64,000 nt of DNA from an uncultured bacterium. GTDB lineage: Bacteria; Hydrothermota; Hydrothermia; WGAB01. The stretch covers positions 1,110 to 65,109 of the forward strand of contig CAYOQK010000011.1 in assembly GCA_964406105.1 (NCBI GenBank). Direction: 5' to 3'. The position numbers and the translations under genes were made by a program. Below are positions 1-9,069 of the stretch, one piece after another. Below the pieces are notes generated by a model that worked only from the letters and a program-made list of their open reading frames with translations, was not told where the DNA came from and did no database searches. Numbering within the stretch: the first letter of the stretch is position 1; the number at the start of each line of letters is the position of its first letter.

Positions 1-1
1 C

Positions 2-214
2 TGGGATGTGGCTCTGGCCCCAGGCGGCGGTACCCTCTTCGTAGCGGCCGGGGGTGGCGGCTTTTGGAAACTGGATGTCCGCCATCCGCAAGCCCCGGTG
101 GCCGTTGGCCGGTTCACCGGTCCGTATGCGCTGTCCGTGCTGGCCCTACCCACAGCAGACCTCGGATCGCCTCGCTTCCTGGGCGGATGCCGCAGCGGGC
201 TGTATGCTTTTTAG
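2..214 (+). CDS. 3' end of an upstream gene; LVIVD-repeat-like beta-propeller protein fragment (start lies outside the window)
   Basis: Frame is open from the window edge to TAG at 212-214. The motif GGGFWKLDVRHPQAPVAVGRF resembles the LVIVD repeat consensus (G-hydrophobic-x-IVDVS-x-P-x-x-P-x-x-VG). Confidence 0.3.
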   Translation, partial: WDVALAPGGGTLFVAAGGGGFWKLDVRHPQAPVAVGRFTGPYALSVLALPTADLGSPRFLGGCRSGLYAF

Positions 215-217
215 CCA

Positions 218-3200
218 ATGAAGCCCCTTCGCCTTTTGCTGGTTTTGGGCACGGTGCTGGTGGCCCATGCCCATTCTCTTGAGGTAAGCCTGAATCCTGG
301 AGAGAACCGCACCGTGGTGGTGGCCTCCTTTGAGGCCCATCCCCCCACCCCCCAAATCCTCCAGGGCTCTGCCACCGTTCTCCCTCAACACGCTTTCAAA
401 CTGCGGGACGTGTACCTGCACCTCCTCACCCTGAAGGCCTGGGACCGCTCCACCACCCTCCGTTTCCAGTCGTCCCCACCGAGCCGTATGCCTCTGGCCG
501 CCGACTGGGCGGCCCTATACCAGACCCTCCCGGGCTTGGAGATCCCTGAAACCCAGCCCTTGCAACACGGCCCCTACCTCATCATCACCACGGAGGGCTT
601 GGTGTCTACCCTGGCTCCCTTGGTGCGGTGGCTTCGGTACCGGGGTTTTCCTGTGCAGATGGCCACCCTGGAGGAGATCGGGACCACCACCACCGAGATC
701 AAGGCCTTTATCCAAAACGCCTACGACACGTGGCGACCGGAATACGTGCTCCTGGTGGGTGATGTGGATATGATCGGCATGCCCGGCTTGCCCACCTTTA
801 CCTACGGTTTGGACGCCTCCGATTTGGCCTACGCCCTGCTGGACGGCGACGACTACCTGCCCGATGTCTTCCTGGGCCGGATTCCGGTGGATCAAGCACT
901 GCAACTCCAAGTGGTGGTGGCCAAAACCTTGGACTACGAACAGGTGGGTCATCCTGAGAACACCGATTGGTTGGAACGTGCCCTGATGGTGGCCTCTACC
1001 CACTATGCCATCACCACCAAACTCACCAAGCTCACCATCCGGGATCGCTTACTGGAACACGGTTACCTCCAGGTGGACACCGTGTTCTGGTACTCCAATG
1101 GTCCCCAACCTGGTGCCCAGGAGATCCGGGCTTTGCTGAACAACGGAGTCGGGATCGTCAACTACCGGGGATGGTCCGGGGCCTTGGGATGGTCTGAGCC
1201 TCCCTTTCACATCCCCGATCTGCAGCAGCTGAACAACGGCTGGCAACTCCCCGTGCTCTTCAACATCACCTGCGGGGCTGGCAACTTCGCCTCGTCGGTG
1301 GATCCCTGTTTCGGTGAGGCGTGGCTTCAACAGGGCACGCCTACCACACCCCGGGGAGGCGTGGCCTTTGTGGGTCCCACCAATCCCAGCGTGCACACCC
1401 GCTGGAACAACGCCATAGACGCCGGGATCTTCCAGGGAATGCTTTCCGAGAACCTCTCTGCCCTCGCCTCCCTGACCCTTCGGGGCCTATTGCAGCTGAT
1501 GCAGGACTTCCCCGACCGTACGGCCCCCGGCGATTCCGTGGAGTTCTATTTCCACGTGTACCACACCCTGGGGGAGCCCGCGCTTCAGGTACGCACCCAA
1601 GTGCCTGAATCCCTCCAGGTTTCCATCGCCCACATGCCCGACTGCGCAGGTGGATGGATCCTGGTGGAGGTTCAGCCCCTGCCCGATCCTCCGTCCTTGG
1701 CATCCCGGCCCTGGGTGGCCGTGCTGACCCTCAACGACTCTTTGGTGGTGGCTGGGAGTGTGGACGAAACCGGCAGGTTTGAGGCCCAGGTGCCCCACCT
1801 GGGCACCGATTCCCTACGGGTGGTGGTCACCGCTCCCAATGCCCTCCCCTGGCAGCAGACGCTCCCCCTGGGCCATGGTCCCCTGGAGTTCGTGTCGTTC
1901 ACCTATGCCGATGGCAACAATGGCATCCCGGAGCCGGACGAACAGGGCACCTTGCAGATCGTGGTCCGCAGCACCACCCCTTCGGGCTGGAGCGGTGTTT
2001 ATCATGCGTCCCTGGCAGACACCGGTGCCGTGCTCCTGCAGGACACGGCCTGGGTGAGTTCGGCCGCAGGTCAGCCCGACACCGCCCGCTTCCCCATCCT
2101 GTTCCACCCGCGCCTGGCCGACGGATACACACTGAGGCTCCGCCACGGGCCCCAAGGCTGTGGGCACTTCAGCCGCATCCAGGTGCAGGCCCCTGCCCTG
2201 GTCATCACCGCTGCCTGGAGCCCCGAGGGCCCCTATCTCCCCCACGGCAATAGCCTTATGCACCTGTGGATCACCAATCGGGGGCACCAGGCCCTGGAGA
2301 ACGCCCTGCTCCATCTCACGCCTGCCACTCAGGGGGTAGGGGTTTCCGGGAACCCGGTGGGTCCTATTTCCCTGGGCCCAGGACAGGCCGATACCCTTAC
2401 GGGCTGGCAGGTGTTCGTCCCCTCCTATGCAGCTCGGGGGCGGTTGGTTTGGTTCCGCCTGGACACCCCCAACGATGCCGTGTACTTCGCCGTGCCCGTG
2501 GGACCCGTGGATTCCACAGCTCCCACGGGGCCCGACGCCTACGGCTACTGGGTATACGATGACCTGGACACCGAAACCGGGCAGGCTCCCACCTATGAAT
2601 GGCTGGAACTGGAAACCCAAGGGACCCCCTACCTCCTGGGTGACGACAGCACCGTGGTGGTCCCTCTGCCCTTTGGGTTCCGGTTTTATGGCCAAGAGTA
2701 TCATCGGATCTCCATCTGTTCCAATGGTTGGATTGCTCTGGATTCCACGTTGCTTTTCCACTTCCGCAATTGGCCCATGCCCTCCTTCCACGGCCCTGCG
2801 TTGCCCTTGATCGCCCCCCTGTGGGACGATCTGGAAGGACGGGTGTACACCCTGTACGACGCCCCGCACCATCGGTTCGTGGTGGAATGGGTGGGGGTCA
2901 ACCGCGCCAGCCAAGATACCGAACGCTTTGAGGTGTTCCTGTACGATCCTGCCTATGTGTCCACCCCCACAGGGGACGGCGAGATCCTGATGCAGTACCA
3001 CACGGTCACCATTCCCTCCGGAGGCCATTACGGAGCCACGGTGGGGATAGAGAACGCAGATCACACCGTGGGGCTCCAGTACACCTACGGGCCCTTCCGC
3101 CCACCCACTGCGGCGGCCTTGGCGCCAGGCCGAGCCCTCCGCTGGACCCCTATTCCTCCGGACACCCTGCACACCGGTCTTGGTGAGGCCGGCTCTCTGC

Positions 3201-3454
3201 CCGCCCTTTGGATCCGGATGCATCCCGCGAGAAACGCCTGGGTGCTCCAGTATCAAGCCCCCTTTGCCCGTCCAGCCCTTCTGGAAATCTACCGGTCTGA
3301 CGGCCGGCGCATGCTCCGGCAACGCCTCCATCTGCAAGCCGGTATGCATCAGATCTCCCTTGCTCCTCAGGGACCCGCGGGAATCTACTTTCTGCGGCTC
3401 TATTGGGGCAAACAACGGATCACCAGGAGGTTCCTATGGGTGCCCTCTTTTTGA
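218..3454 (+). CDS. Secreted C25 (gingipain/PorU-like) cysteine peptidase family protein with a NIDO-like module and a T9SS C-terminal sorting domain
   Basis: N-terminal signal peptide MKPLRLLLVLGTVLVAHAHS. The central region aligns by eye with the catalytic region of the 1483-aa C25 paralog at 9066-13517 (YVLLVGDVD, LGRIP, and a Cys-containing segment). The C-terminus ...GIYFLRLYWGKQRITRRFLWV matches the Por-secretion tail pattern. Confidence 0.65.
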   Translation: MKPLRLLLVLGTVLVAHAHSLEVSLNPGENRTVVVASFEAHPPTPQILQGSATVLPQHAFKLRDVYLHLLTLKAWDRSTTLRFQSSPPSRMPLAADWAALYQTLPGLEIPETQPLQHGPYLIITTEGLVSTLAPLVRWLRYRGFPVQMATLEEIGTTTTEIKAFIQNAYDTWRPEYVLLVGDVDMIGMPGLPTFTYGLDASDLAYALLDGDDYLPDVFLGRIPVDQALQLQVVVAKTLDYEQVGHPENTDWLERALMVASTHYAITTKLTKLTIRDRLLEHGYLQVDTVFWYSNGPQPGAQEIRALLNNGVGIVNYRGWSGALGWSEPPFHIPDLQQLNNGWQLPVLFNITCGAGNFASSVDPCFGEAWLQQGTPTTPRGGVAFVGPTNPSVHTRWNNAIDAGIFQGMLSENLSALASLTLRGLLQLMQDFPDRTAPGDSVEFYFHVYHTLGEPALQVRTQVPESLQVSIAHMPDCAGGWILVEVQPLPDPPSLASRPWVAVLTLNDSLVVAGSVDETGRFEAQVPHLGTDSLRVVVTAPNALPWQQTLPLGHGPLEFVSFTYADGNNGIPEPDEQGTLQIVVRSTTPSGWSGVYHASLADTGAVLLQDTAWVSSAAGQPDTARFPILFHPRLADGYTLRLRHGPQGCGHFSRIQVQAPALVITAAWSPEGPYLPHGNSLMHLWITNRGHQALENALLHLTPATQGVGVSGNPVGPISLGPGQADTLTGWQVFVPSYAARGRLVWFRLDTPNDAVYFAVPVGPVDSTAPTGPDAYGYWVYDDLDTETGQAPTYEWLELETQGTPYLLGDDSTVVVPLPFGFRFYGQEYHRISICSNGWIALDSTLLFHFRNWPMPSFHGPALPLIAPLWDDLEGRVYTLYDAPHHRFVVEWVGVNRASQDTERFEVFLYDPAYVSTPTGDGEILMQYHTVTIPSGGHYGATVGIENADHTVGLQYTYGPFRPPTAAALAPGRALRWTPIPPDTLHTGLGEAGSLPALWIRMHPARNAWVLQYQAPFARPALLEIYRSDGRRMLRQRLHLQAGMHQISLAPQGPAGIYFLRLYWGKQRITRRFLWVPSF

Positions 3455-4938
3455 GTTTGGTCCTGGTGGCTGGCCATTGCGTTGAAGATCCCCGGTATCA
3501 CACCACCGAAGAGGTCTTCACCTACTTGGACTCGGTGGCCCAAAACTTTCCGGAGATTACCCGTTTGGAAACCCTGGCATACACCCAGCGGTTTCACCAG
3601 CCGGTGCTGTTGCTCACCCTTACGGATCATCCCCAGGACACCGAGCCCGAACCCACACTGCTCCTCACCGGCAGCATCCATGCCGAAGAGCTCCTGGGCA
3701 CTGAGGTGCTCATGGCCCTTTTGGACACCCTTTTGAGGGGGTACGGCCACGATCCCCTCATCACCCATGCCATAGATTCCCTGGAGATCCAGGTGCTGCC
3801 CCTTTGGAACGTGGACGGTCATGACATCGTGATGTCCCTGCAGGACACCTCTTGGCGAAAAAACCTCCGCGACAATGACAACGACGGAGAACTGGACCTG
3901 GAAAACCGGTGCGACGGTGTGGATCTGAACCGCAACTTTGACTACCGGTGGGATTACGGCAACTCCAACCCATGTGCCTCATACTATCGCGGCCCTTCCC
4001 CCTTTTCCGAGCCGGAGGCCCGTGGGGTGCGTGACCTTTGTCTGAGGATGTCGCATGTGCTGGCCATCCATTACCACTCTCCAGCCTTGAGCCAGGGGGA
4101 AATTGTGTACACCCCGTACCACACCGCGCCCGAGTTTCCCCTGTTCTACGACCTGGCCATCCAACTGGCCCATCATATCCCTAACGACGCGGGCACCGGC
4201 ACCTATCAGGCGTTATACGGTGGCGAAGACCCCGGCAAAGCCCGCAATTGGCAGTACGACCGATTGGGCACGTTTGCATACGACATTGAGATCTGCTCGT
4301 ACCGCACCCAGGTGCCCGGTTGGGAGGTGGACACCATCGTCAACCACCACCTGCAAGGCCTTTTCTGGCTTTTAGACCGGATACTGCACGGCCCCTCTCT
4401 CTGGATTCGGACGGTGGAACAGTACACCGGTAACCCTCAAGACCAGGTCCGTGTTCGGATCTTGGAGATAGATTACCCCCCTGCACCTGGCCGGATACCC
4501 CGCGAAGGCACGGGCTTCGTGTACCGGTTCCTTTCACCGGGCACCTACACGGTGGAAGTCACACCCTTGTATGCATCCGGAGATGCCCAAACCCTTCAGG
4601 TGACCGTGGGGACCCAGCCCACCTTTCTCACCGTGGAAGTGCCTCCGTTGCTGGATCAACCCCTGGTTTGGCCTACAGTCACCCGGGATCAGGTGGAAGT
4701 GGTGTGGACCCAACGGAACGAGGGGGCTACCCTCCACCTCCACCTCGTGAACCCGCAGGGGCAACGAGTGTGGGGACTGGATATGCCACTCCGCTCTGGG
4801 GCATACCATTGGACCGTGCCGCTGGACAACCTGCCCCAGGGTGTGTACCTGCTGCACTTCCGCATTCCATCCTGTTGCACAGGGATTTTTACACCCGAAA
4901 TCCAGGCTACTTACAAAATCGTGAAACTGGGAGGCTAA
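3436..4938 (+). CDS. M14 family zinc carboxypeptidase with a T9SS-type C-terminal tail
   Basis: GSIHAEELLGTE (HxxE zinc motif of M14) and NVDGHD. ATG at 3436 is preceded by CAGGAGG and followed by the signal-like MGALFLSLVLVAG. The C-terminal GVYLLHFRI...KIVKLGG resembles a T9SS C-terminal sorting domain. The six-frame ORF begins at 3403 and overlaps the upstream gene. Confidence 0.65.
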   Translation: MGALFLSLVLVAGHCVEDPRYHTTEEVFTYLDSVAQNFPEITRLETLAYTQRFHQPVLLLTLTDHPQDTEPEPTLLLTGSIHAEELLGTEVLMALLDTLLRGYGHDPLITHAIDSLEIQVLPLWNVDGHDIVMSLQDTSWRKNLRDNDNDGELDLENRCDGVDLNRNFDYRWDYGNSNPCASYYRGPSPFSEPEARGVRDLCLRMSHVLAIHYHSPALSQGEIVYTPYHTAPEFPLFYDLAIQLAHHIPNDAGTGTYQALYGGEDPGKARNWQYDRLGTFAYDIEICSYRTQVPGWEVDTIVNHHLQGLFWLLDRILHGPSLWIRTVEQYTGNPQDQVRVRILEIDYPPAPGRIPREGTGFVYRFLSPGTYTVEVTPLYASGDAQTLQVTVGTQPTFLTVEVPPLLDQPLVWPTVTRDQVEVVWTQRNEGATLHLHLVNPQGQRVWGLDMPLRSGAYHWTVPLDNLPQGVYLLHFRIPSCCTGIFTPEIQATYKIVKLGG

Positions 4939-4941
4939 CCC

Positions 4942-6159
4942 ATGAAACGGCTTTTGAAGACCTTGGCAATGTTGAGTCTTGTCGCCTGGGCCTTGCCTGC
5001 CCAGGGTTCGGTGCTTCATGGGGTGTCGTACCATGGCGACACCTTGTGGATTGCGGTGCTGCACGACAGTCTGGTCAACGCCTTCTTCTCCCCGGATGGG
5101 GGCAACACCTGGTACTACCGGAACGCTTTGGCAGGCGGCCAGGTGAAACCCATGTGGGACCTGGACTTTGTGTCCGGTTCCCAAGGGTGGTTGGTGGGCG
5201 ATGTGAGTTTCATCTTTTACACCGAAGACCAAGGCAACACCTGGACCATGCAAAACTACGGGGGCAGCAAGTACATCACCCGCCTCCGCATGCTCAACGC
5301 CGAGGTGGGCTGGGCTGCAGCCGGGGACAAGATTTGGTTCCGCACCACCAACGGCGGCCAGAGTTGGCAATGGTACCTGGTTTCCCAAGGCCGCATGACC
5401 GACTTTTACGGTGTGGCCCCTATCAGTGCAGACGAGTGCTTTATGGCCGGTGGTATCCCCTTTGGCGTGAACGGTGGCCAGGGCATGATCTTCCACACCT
5501 CAGACGGTGGCCAAACCTGGCAACTGCTCCGCGACGACAGCACCTACGACTACCTGGACATCTGGTTCGTGGACGCCCAAACCGGCTGGGTGGTGGGGGG
5601 GACCGATACGGATCCCTACACCCCCATCATTCTCCACACTGCCGATGGCGGCCAAACCTGGCAGAACCAGACCCCAGCCTATGGCCACACGCTGCGGGCT
5701 TTGCAGTTCGTGAGCGAAACCGAGGGCTGGGCCGTGGGCAAGTTCGGCACCATCCTACACACCACGGACGGCGGCCAAACCTGGCAGCTACAAGACACAC
5801 CCACTCAAGTGACCCTGTTTGACGTGGATTTCCAGGATGCCCTCCGTGGAGCTGCCGTGGGGGATTCCAGTGTGCTGCTCCTCACCACGGACGGCGGCCA
5901 AACCTGGCAACGGCTCACCGTGGACGTGGCCGAAGCCCAACCCTGGCCGGACGAGGCAACCCTGGGCCCCAGAACGGTGTGGGTTCAGCAGGGCACGGTA
6001 CATCTTCCCCCAGGTACGTGGTCGTTGTGGTCTCCCTCGGGCCAGAGGCTTCTGGTGCTCCAAAGCACGGGCACACCCCTTTCCTGGCCCCTCCCTGCAG
6101 GCGTGTACTTTGCTCGCCCACCCGTAGGCCCACCCCTCAAGATCCTCGCACTCCCATAG
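4942..6159 (+). CDS. BNR/Asp-box (Ycf48-like) beta-propeller protein with a signal peptide and a T9SS-like C-terminal tail
   Basis: About seven repeats of (T/S)xDGGxTW(Q), which is the Asp-box pattern. N-terminal signal MKRLLKTLAMLSLVAWALPAQG. C-terminal GVYFARPPVGPPLKILALP. Confidence 0.6.
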   Translation: MKRLLKTLAMLSLVAWALPAQGSVLHGVSYHGDTLWIAVLHDSLVNAFFSPDGGNTWYYRNALAGGQVKPMWDLDFVSGSQGWLVGDVSFIFYTEDQGNTWTMQNYGGSKYITRLRMLNAEVGWAAAGDKIWFRTTNGGQSWQWYLVSQGRMTDFYGVAPISADECFMAGGIPFGVNGGQGMIFHTSDGGQTWQLLRDDSTYDYLDIWFVDAQTGWVVGGTDTDPYTPIILHTADGGQTWQNQTPAYGHTLRALQFVSETEGWAVGKFGTILHTTDGGQTWQLQDTPTQVTLFDVDFQDALRGAAVGDSSVLLLTTDGGQTWQRLTVDVAEAQPWPDEATLGPRTVWVQQGTVHLPPGTWSLWSPSGQRLLVLQSTGTPLSWPLPAGVYFARPPVGPPLKILALP

Positions 6160-6219
6160 CCAGAAAGGGGCGCCCCCTGCCGGGAAAGGCCCGGGTTCCA
6201 CAGTGGACCCGTCTGCGGT

Positions 6220-8475
6220 TCAGGGCAGAGCCCAGAGGCCCAGGTGATACAGGTAAGGCTCCTGGGTCCAGAGGCGAAGGGGTGCCTGCCAAACCTCGGT
6301 GCGCAGCAGGCTAAAGAGGCCTTGGGCAGGCGGTTGGGTGGTGTACACTGTCACCTCATATTCGCCGGGTTTGAGGCCTGCGCGTTGGGCTGCGGCCCGC
6401 AGCGCCGACACAACCCCGCCTAAGGAGTCCACCAGCCCGATGGGCTTTGCCCGCAAACCCGACCACACCCGGCCTTGGCCCAAGGAATCCACCCGTGCTA
6501 CAGGGATGCCGCGGCCCGCGCTCACGCGACGAAGGAACACTCCATAGGCGCGCTCCAGATAGTTCTCCAGGACGGTCAACTCCTCAGGTGTCATGGGACG
6601 CCACAGGGACCATCCATCGGCGTGGGGCGATAGCAACACGGTATCCCGAGAAAGTCCCCAACGTTGAAACAGGCGGCCAAAGGCCAACTTGGTGGCCAAG
6701 ATGCCGATGGATCCCGTGATGGTGGTGCGGTCGGCGAAGATCTCATCAGCGCCACAGGAGATATAGTAGCCACCGGAGGCCGCCAAGTACCCCATGGATA
6801 CGACCACGGGTTTCTTCCGTCGCAGATCCTGCACTGCTTGCCAGATGATGTCCGAGGCCAAGGCCGATCCGCCTGGGGAGTTCACCCGTAGGACCACCGC
6901 CTTCACGCGGGGATCGTCGGCCAGTTTCTGCAACAGTGAAACCACCGATGACGATCCGATGTACTTGCCCCCGATGATAGGCCAAGGCGAGATGCCGCTT
7001 CGTCCAGTAACGATGCTCCCCTCCAGCGACACCACCGCCACCCGGGCCTTCGGGCCCTCCCAACGGAACTCCTGGCGGTTCCAGATCTCGGTGGCGTAGG
7101 TTTGCAGGGACACCTTGCGGCGCACATGCCACAGGTCCTGGAGGGTCTTCTGGAGACGGTGCCGAGGCACGATCGTGTCAATCAGCCCCAGGGTCAGGGC
7201 CTGTTCGGCATCACCCAAAAGGCCCACATACAGTAGGGAGTCCAGCTGGGTAGAGGTTAGGGAAACCTTCTGCCGTAGAGCCTGGCGCACCACCTGGGCA
7301 AAGTCCTCTAAAAGGGCCCGGGTTTGTTCGCGATCGGCTTCGGACATCCGATCGCGGATCAAGGGTTCCACAGCAGACTTGTACTTGCCAATATGGGGGG
7401 CTTGGACGTCAATGTCCAGTTTTTCCAGGGCTCCCTTGAGGTACACCTTTTCGGTGCCCAGATCCACCAGCATCACAAGGCCGGTGGGGGGCATGAGGAT
7501 GTGGTCGGCGTGGCTGGCCAGGAACCATCCCTTTAAGGTGAGGGTCTCCAAATAGGCAGCCACTGGCTTTCCTCGCTGCCGAAGAGAATCCAGGGCGTGG
7601 TGCAGTTCCTCAATCTGGTTCCACGTGAGGGCGTTGGGGTTTTCAACCTGCAGGAGCACCCCCTGCACCTGGGGATCTTGGGCCGCCTGGTGAAGAGCGA
7701 AAAGCAGTTCGGTGAAGGAGGGTTTACGGCGGAACCAACTGCGTTGGGGATCCTCTGAGATCGGCTCCTGCAGTCTTAGAACAAGGAAACGCCGCTGGGG
7801 GATCCACGAGGGGTACAGCCGCTGGGATACAGCCACCGCCACCTGGGTTTCCGACGGGCTCTGGTGGGCAATCCCCAGGCGTACCCGCGACATGGCCAGG
7901 TCTATGCCGGCGAACACCCGGAGGTCCTGCCCCTCTACGGTGGCCTGCACGCCCGTGGCCAGGTGGATCCCCGGCACAGGCTGCAGGAAAAGGCCTGTGC
8001 TCCACCGCCAATTCCGGCGGGAGAAGCCCCCCTGCAGATCCTGACCTTGAAGGTCGGCGTACAGGGTGAGGCGGTCGGTACCGGGTCGCAGAGCCAAGCC
8101 TACGGCTGCCTGGGCCCATTGGTCGCGGTGTACCTCTACACGGGCTCCAAGAGACAGGAATCGGATGCGGAACAGCGTTCCCAGGGTCACTTGGGGGTGG
8201 GTTCCAGGCTGCACCGACACGCCCAAACGCAGTGGACCCTTGATCGGCCCACCCACCCCCAAAAGGAGTTGGCGATCCTGGTTCACGCCGTACGCAAGGG
8301 GTCCGATGGACGAGGCAATCCAACCCGTGCGGTCTATGGGGTTCGCCCTCAGCACGAAGCCCTGGAACCCACCCAAGGCTGCGGGGTTGGTCCACAGGGC
8401 GAGTTCTGGCGGCACCGCCGACACCGAGGTGCCGCCGGCAAAGGCACTCCATAGCACCAGCAATACCCAGTTCAT
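6220..8475 (-). CDS. sppA: Signal peptide peptidase SppA (S49 family) with a roughly 250-aa N-terminal beta-rich extension
   Basis: Two S49 repeats, including SMGYLAASGGYYISCGADEIFADRTTITGSIGILA. The start is placed at ATG 8475 (MNWVLLVLWSAFAGGTSVSA, a signal peptide), which overlaps the upstream PspC stop by ATGA. The ORF track extends it to 8559. Confidence 0.75.
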   Translation of the reverse strand: MNWVLLVLWSAFAGGTSVSAVPPELALWTNPAALGGFQGFVLRANPIDRTGWIASSIGPLAYGVNQDRQLLLGVGGPIKGPLRLGVSVQPGTHPQVTLGTLFRIRFLSLGARVEVHRDQWAQAAVGLALRPGTDRLTLYADLQGQDLQGGFSRRNWRWSTGLFLQPVPGIHLATGVQATVEGQDLRVFAGIDLAMSRVRLGIAHQSPSETQVAVAVSQRLYPSWIPQRRFLVLRLQEPISEDPQRSWFRRKPSFTELLFALHQAAQDPQVQGVLLQVENPNALTWNQIEELHHALDSLRQRGKPVAAYLETLTLKGWFLASHADHILMPPTGLVMLVDLGTEKVYLKGALEKLDIDVQAPHIGKYKSAVEPLIRDRMSEADREQTRALLEDFAQVVRQALRQKVSLTSTQLDSLLYVGLLGDAEQALTLGLIDTIVPRHRLQKTLQDLWHVRRKVSLQTYATEIWNRQEFRWEGPKARVAVVSLEGSIVTGRSGISPWPIIGGKYIGSSSVVSLLQKLADDPRVKAVVLRVNSPGGSALASDIIWQAVQDLRRKKPVVVSMGYLAASGGYYISCGADEIFADRTTITGSIGILATKLAFGRLFQRWGLSRDTVLLSPHADGWSLWRPMTPEELTVLENYLERAYGVFLRRVSAGRGIPVARVDSLGQGRVWSGLRAKPIGLVDSLGGVVSALRAAAQRAGLKPGEYEVTVYTTQPPAQGLFSLLRTEVWQAPLRLWTQEPYLYHLGLWALP

Positions 8476-8864
8476 GTCGGCCTCCCTCGCAGCAGGTACA
8501 GGCCCAGGAGAATGAGCAAGAGGGGCCAGAGCCGAAAGATGTCCAGGGCAGGAATCCATTGGCCCAGGAGCAGGATCACCCCTGCCACGATGAGCAGAAT
8601 GCCGGTATTTCGGCGGACCCGTCTCAGGGACTCTGGGTCGGCCTCTGAGGTGGGTGGCTCTTCTCCCTCCAGAGGTTCCTCGGGGATCAGGATCCAGGCC
8701 ACGAGGTACAGCAGCACACCCACACCGGAGAACAAGAGGGCCAGGAACACCAGGCGCACCAAGATGGGATCAATCTCCAGATACTCAGCGATGCCGCCGC
8801 ACACACCGGCCAGCATCCGATCCCGGCGAGAGCGGTATAACCGACGGGCAGAGGGATGTCCCAT
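8472..8864 (-). CDS. PspC-domain membrane protein (phage shock protein C family)
   Basis: RRLYRSRRDRMLAGVCGGIAEYLEIDPILVRLVFLALLFSGVGVLLYLVAWILIPEEP is the canonical PspC N-terminal domain. Confidence 0.7.
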   Translation of the reverse strand: MGHPSARRLYRSRRDRMLAGVCGGIAEYLEIDPILVRLVFLALLFSGVGVLLYLVAWILIPEEPLEGEEPPTSEADPESLRRVRRNTGILLIVAGVILLLGQWIPALDIFRLWPLLLILLGLYLLRGRPT

Positions 8865-8868
8865 GGTT

Positions 8869-9069
8869 TCACCTCCGGGGTTCTTCGGGCATCAGGACCC
8901 ACGCAGCCAGGTAAAGGAGCACGCCCACCCCACTCATCAGGGAAAGCGCTACGAAGCCGAGCCTCACCAGCACCGGGTCAATGCCCAGGTACTCCCCGAT
9001 GCCACCACACACGCCGGCCAGTACCCGGTGCTGTCGGGAACGGTAAAGACGGCGAGGGGGTGGAGTCAT
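8869..9069 (-). CDS. PspC-domain protein, short paralog of the adjacent gene
   Basis: RRLYRSRQHRVLAGVCGGIGEYLGIDPVLVRLGFVALSLMSGVGVLLYLAAWVLMPEEP is about 75% identical to the N-terminus of the neighbour. Its start overlaps the upstream peptidase stop by ATGA. Confidence 0.65.
   Translation of the reverse strand: MTPPPRRLYRSRQHRVLAGVCGGIGEYLGIDPVLVRLGFVALSLMSGVGVLLYLAAWVLMPEEPRR

Noticed and set aside
8-282. Small overlapping ORFs at the window start (8-214 and 64-282)
   Set aside because: 8-214 is in the frame that is open from the window edge, and is kept as the tail of an upstream gene. 64-282 is an out-of-frame overlap with no support.
1814-3415. A 533-aa ORF antisense to the C25 peptidase. 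Similar long antisense ORFs occur at 23693-25453(-), 33883-35091(-), 37702-38493(-), 61753-62886(-), 11475-13769(+) and elsewhere
   Set aside because: These are Gly/Arg/Pro-rich low-complexity translations with no recognisable motifs. They lie opposite well-supported genes and are typical stop-codon-poor artefacts of 65% GC DNA.
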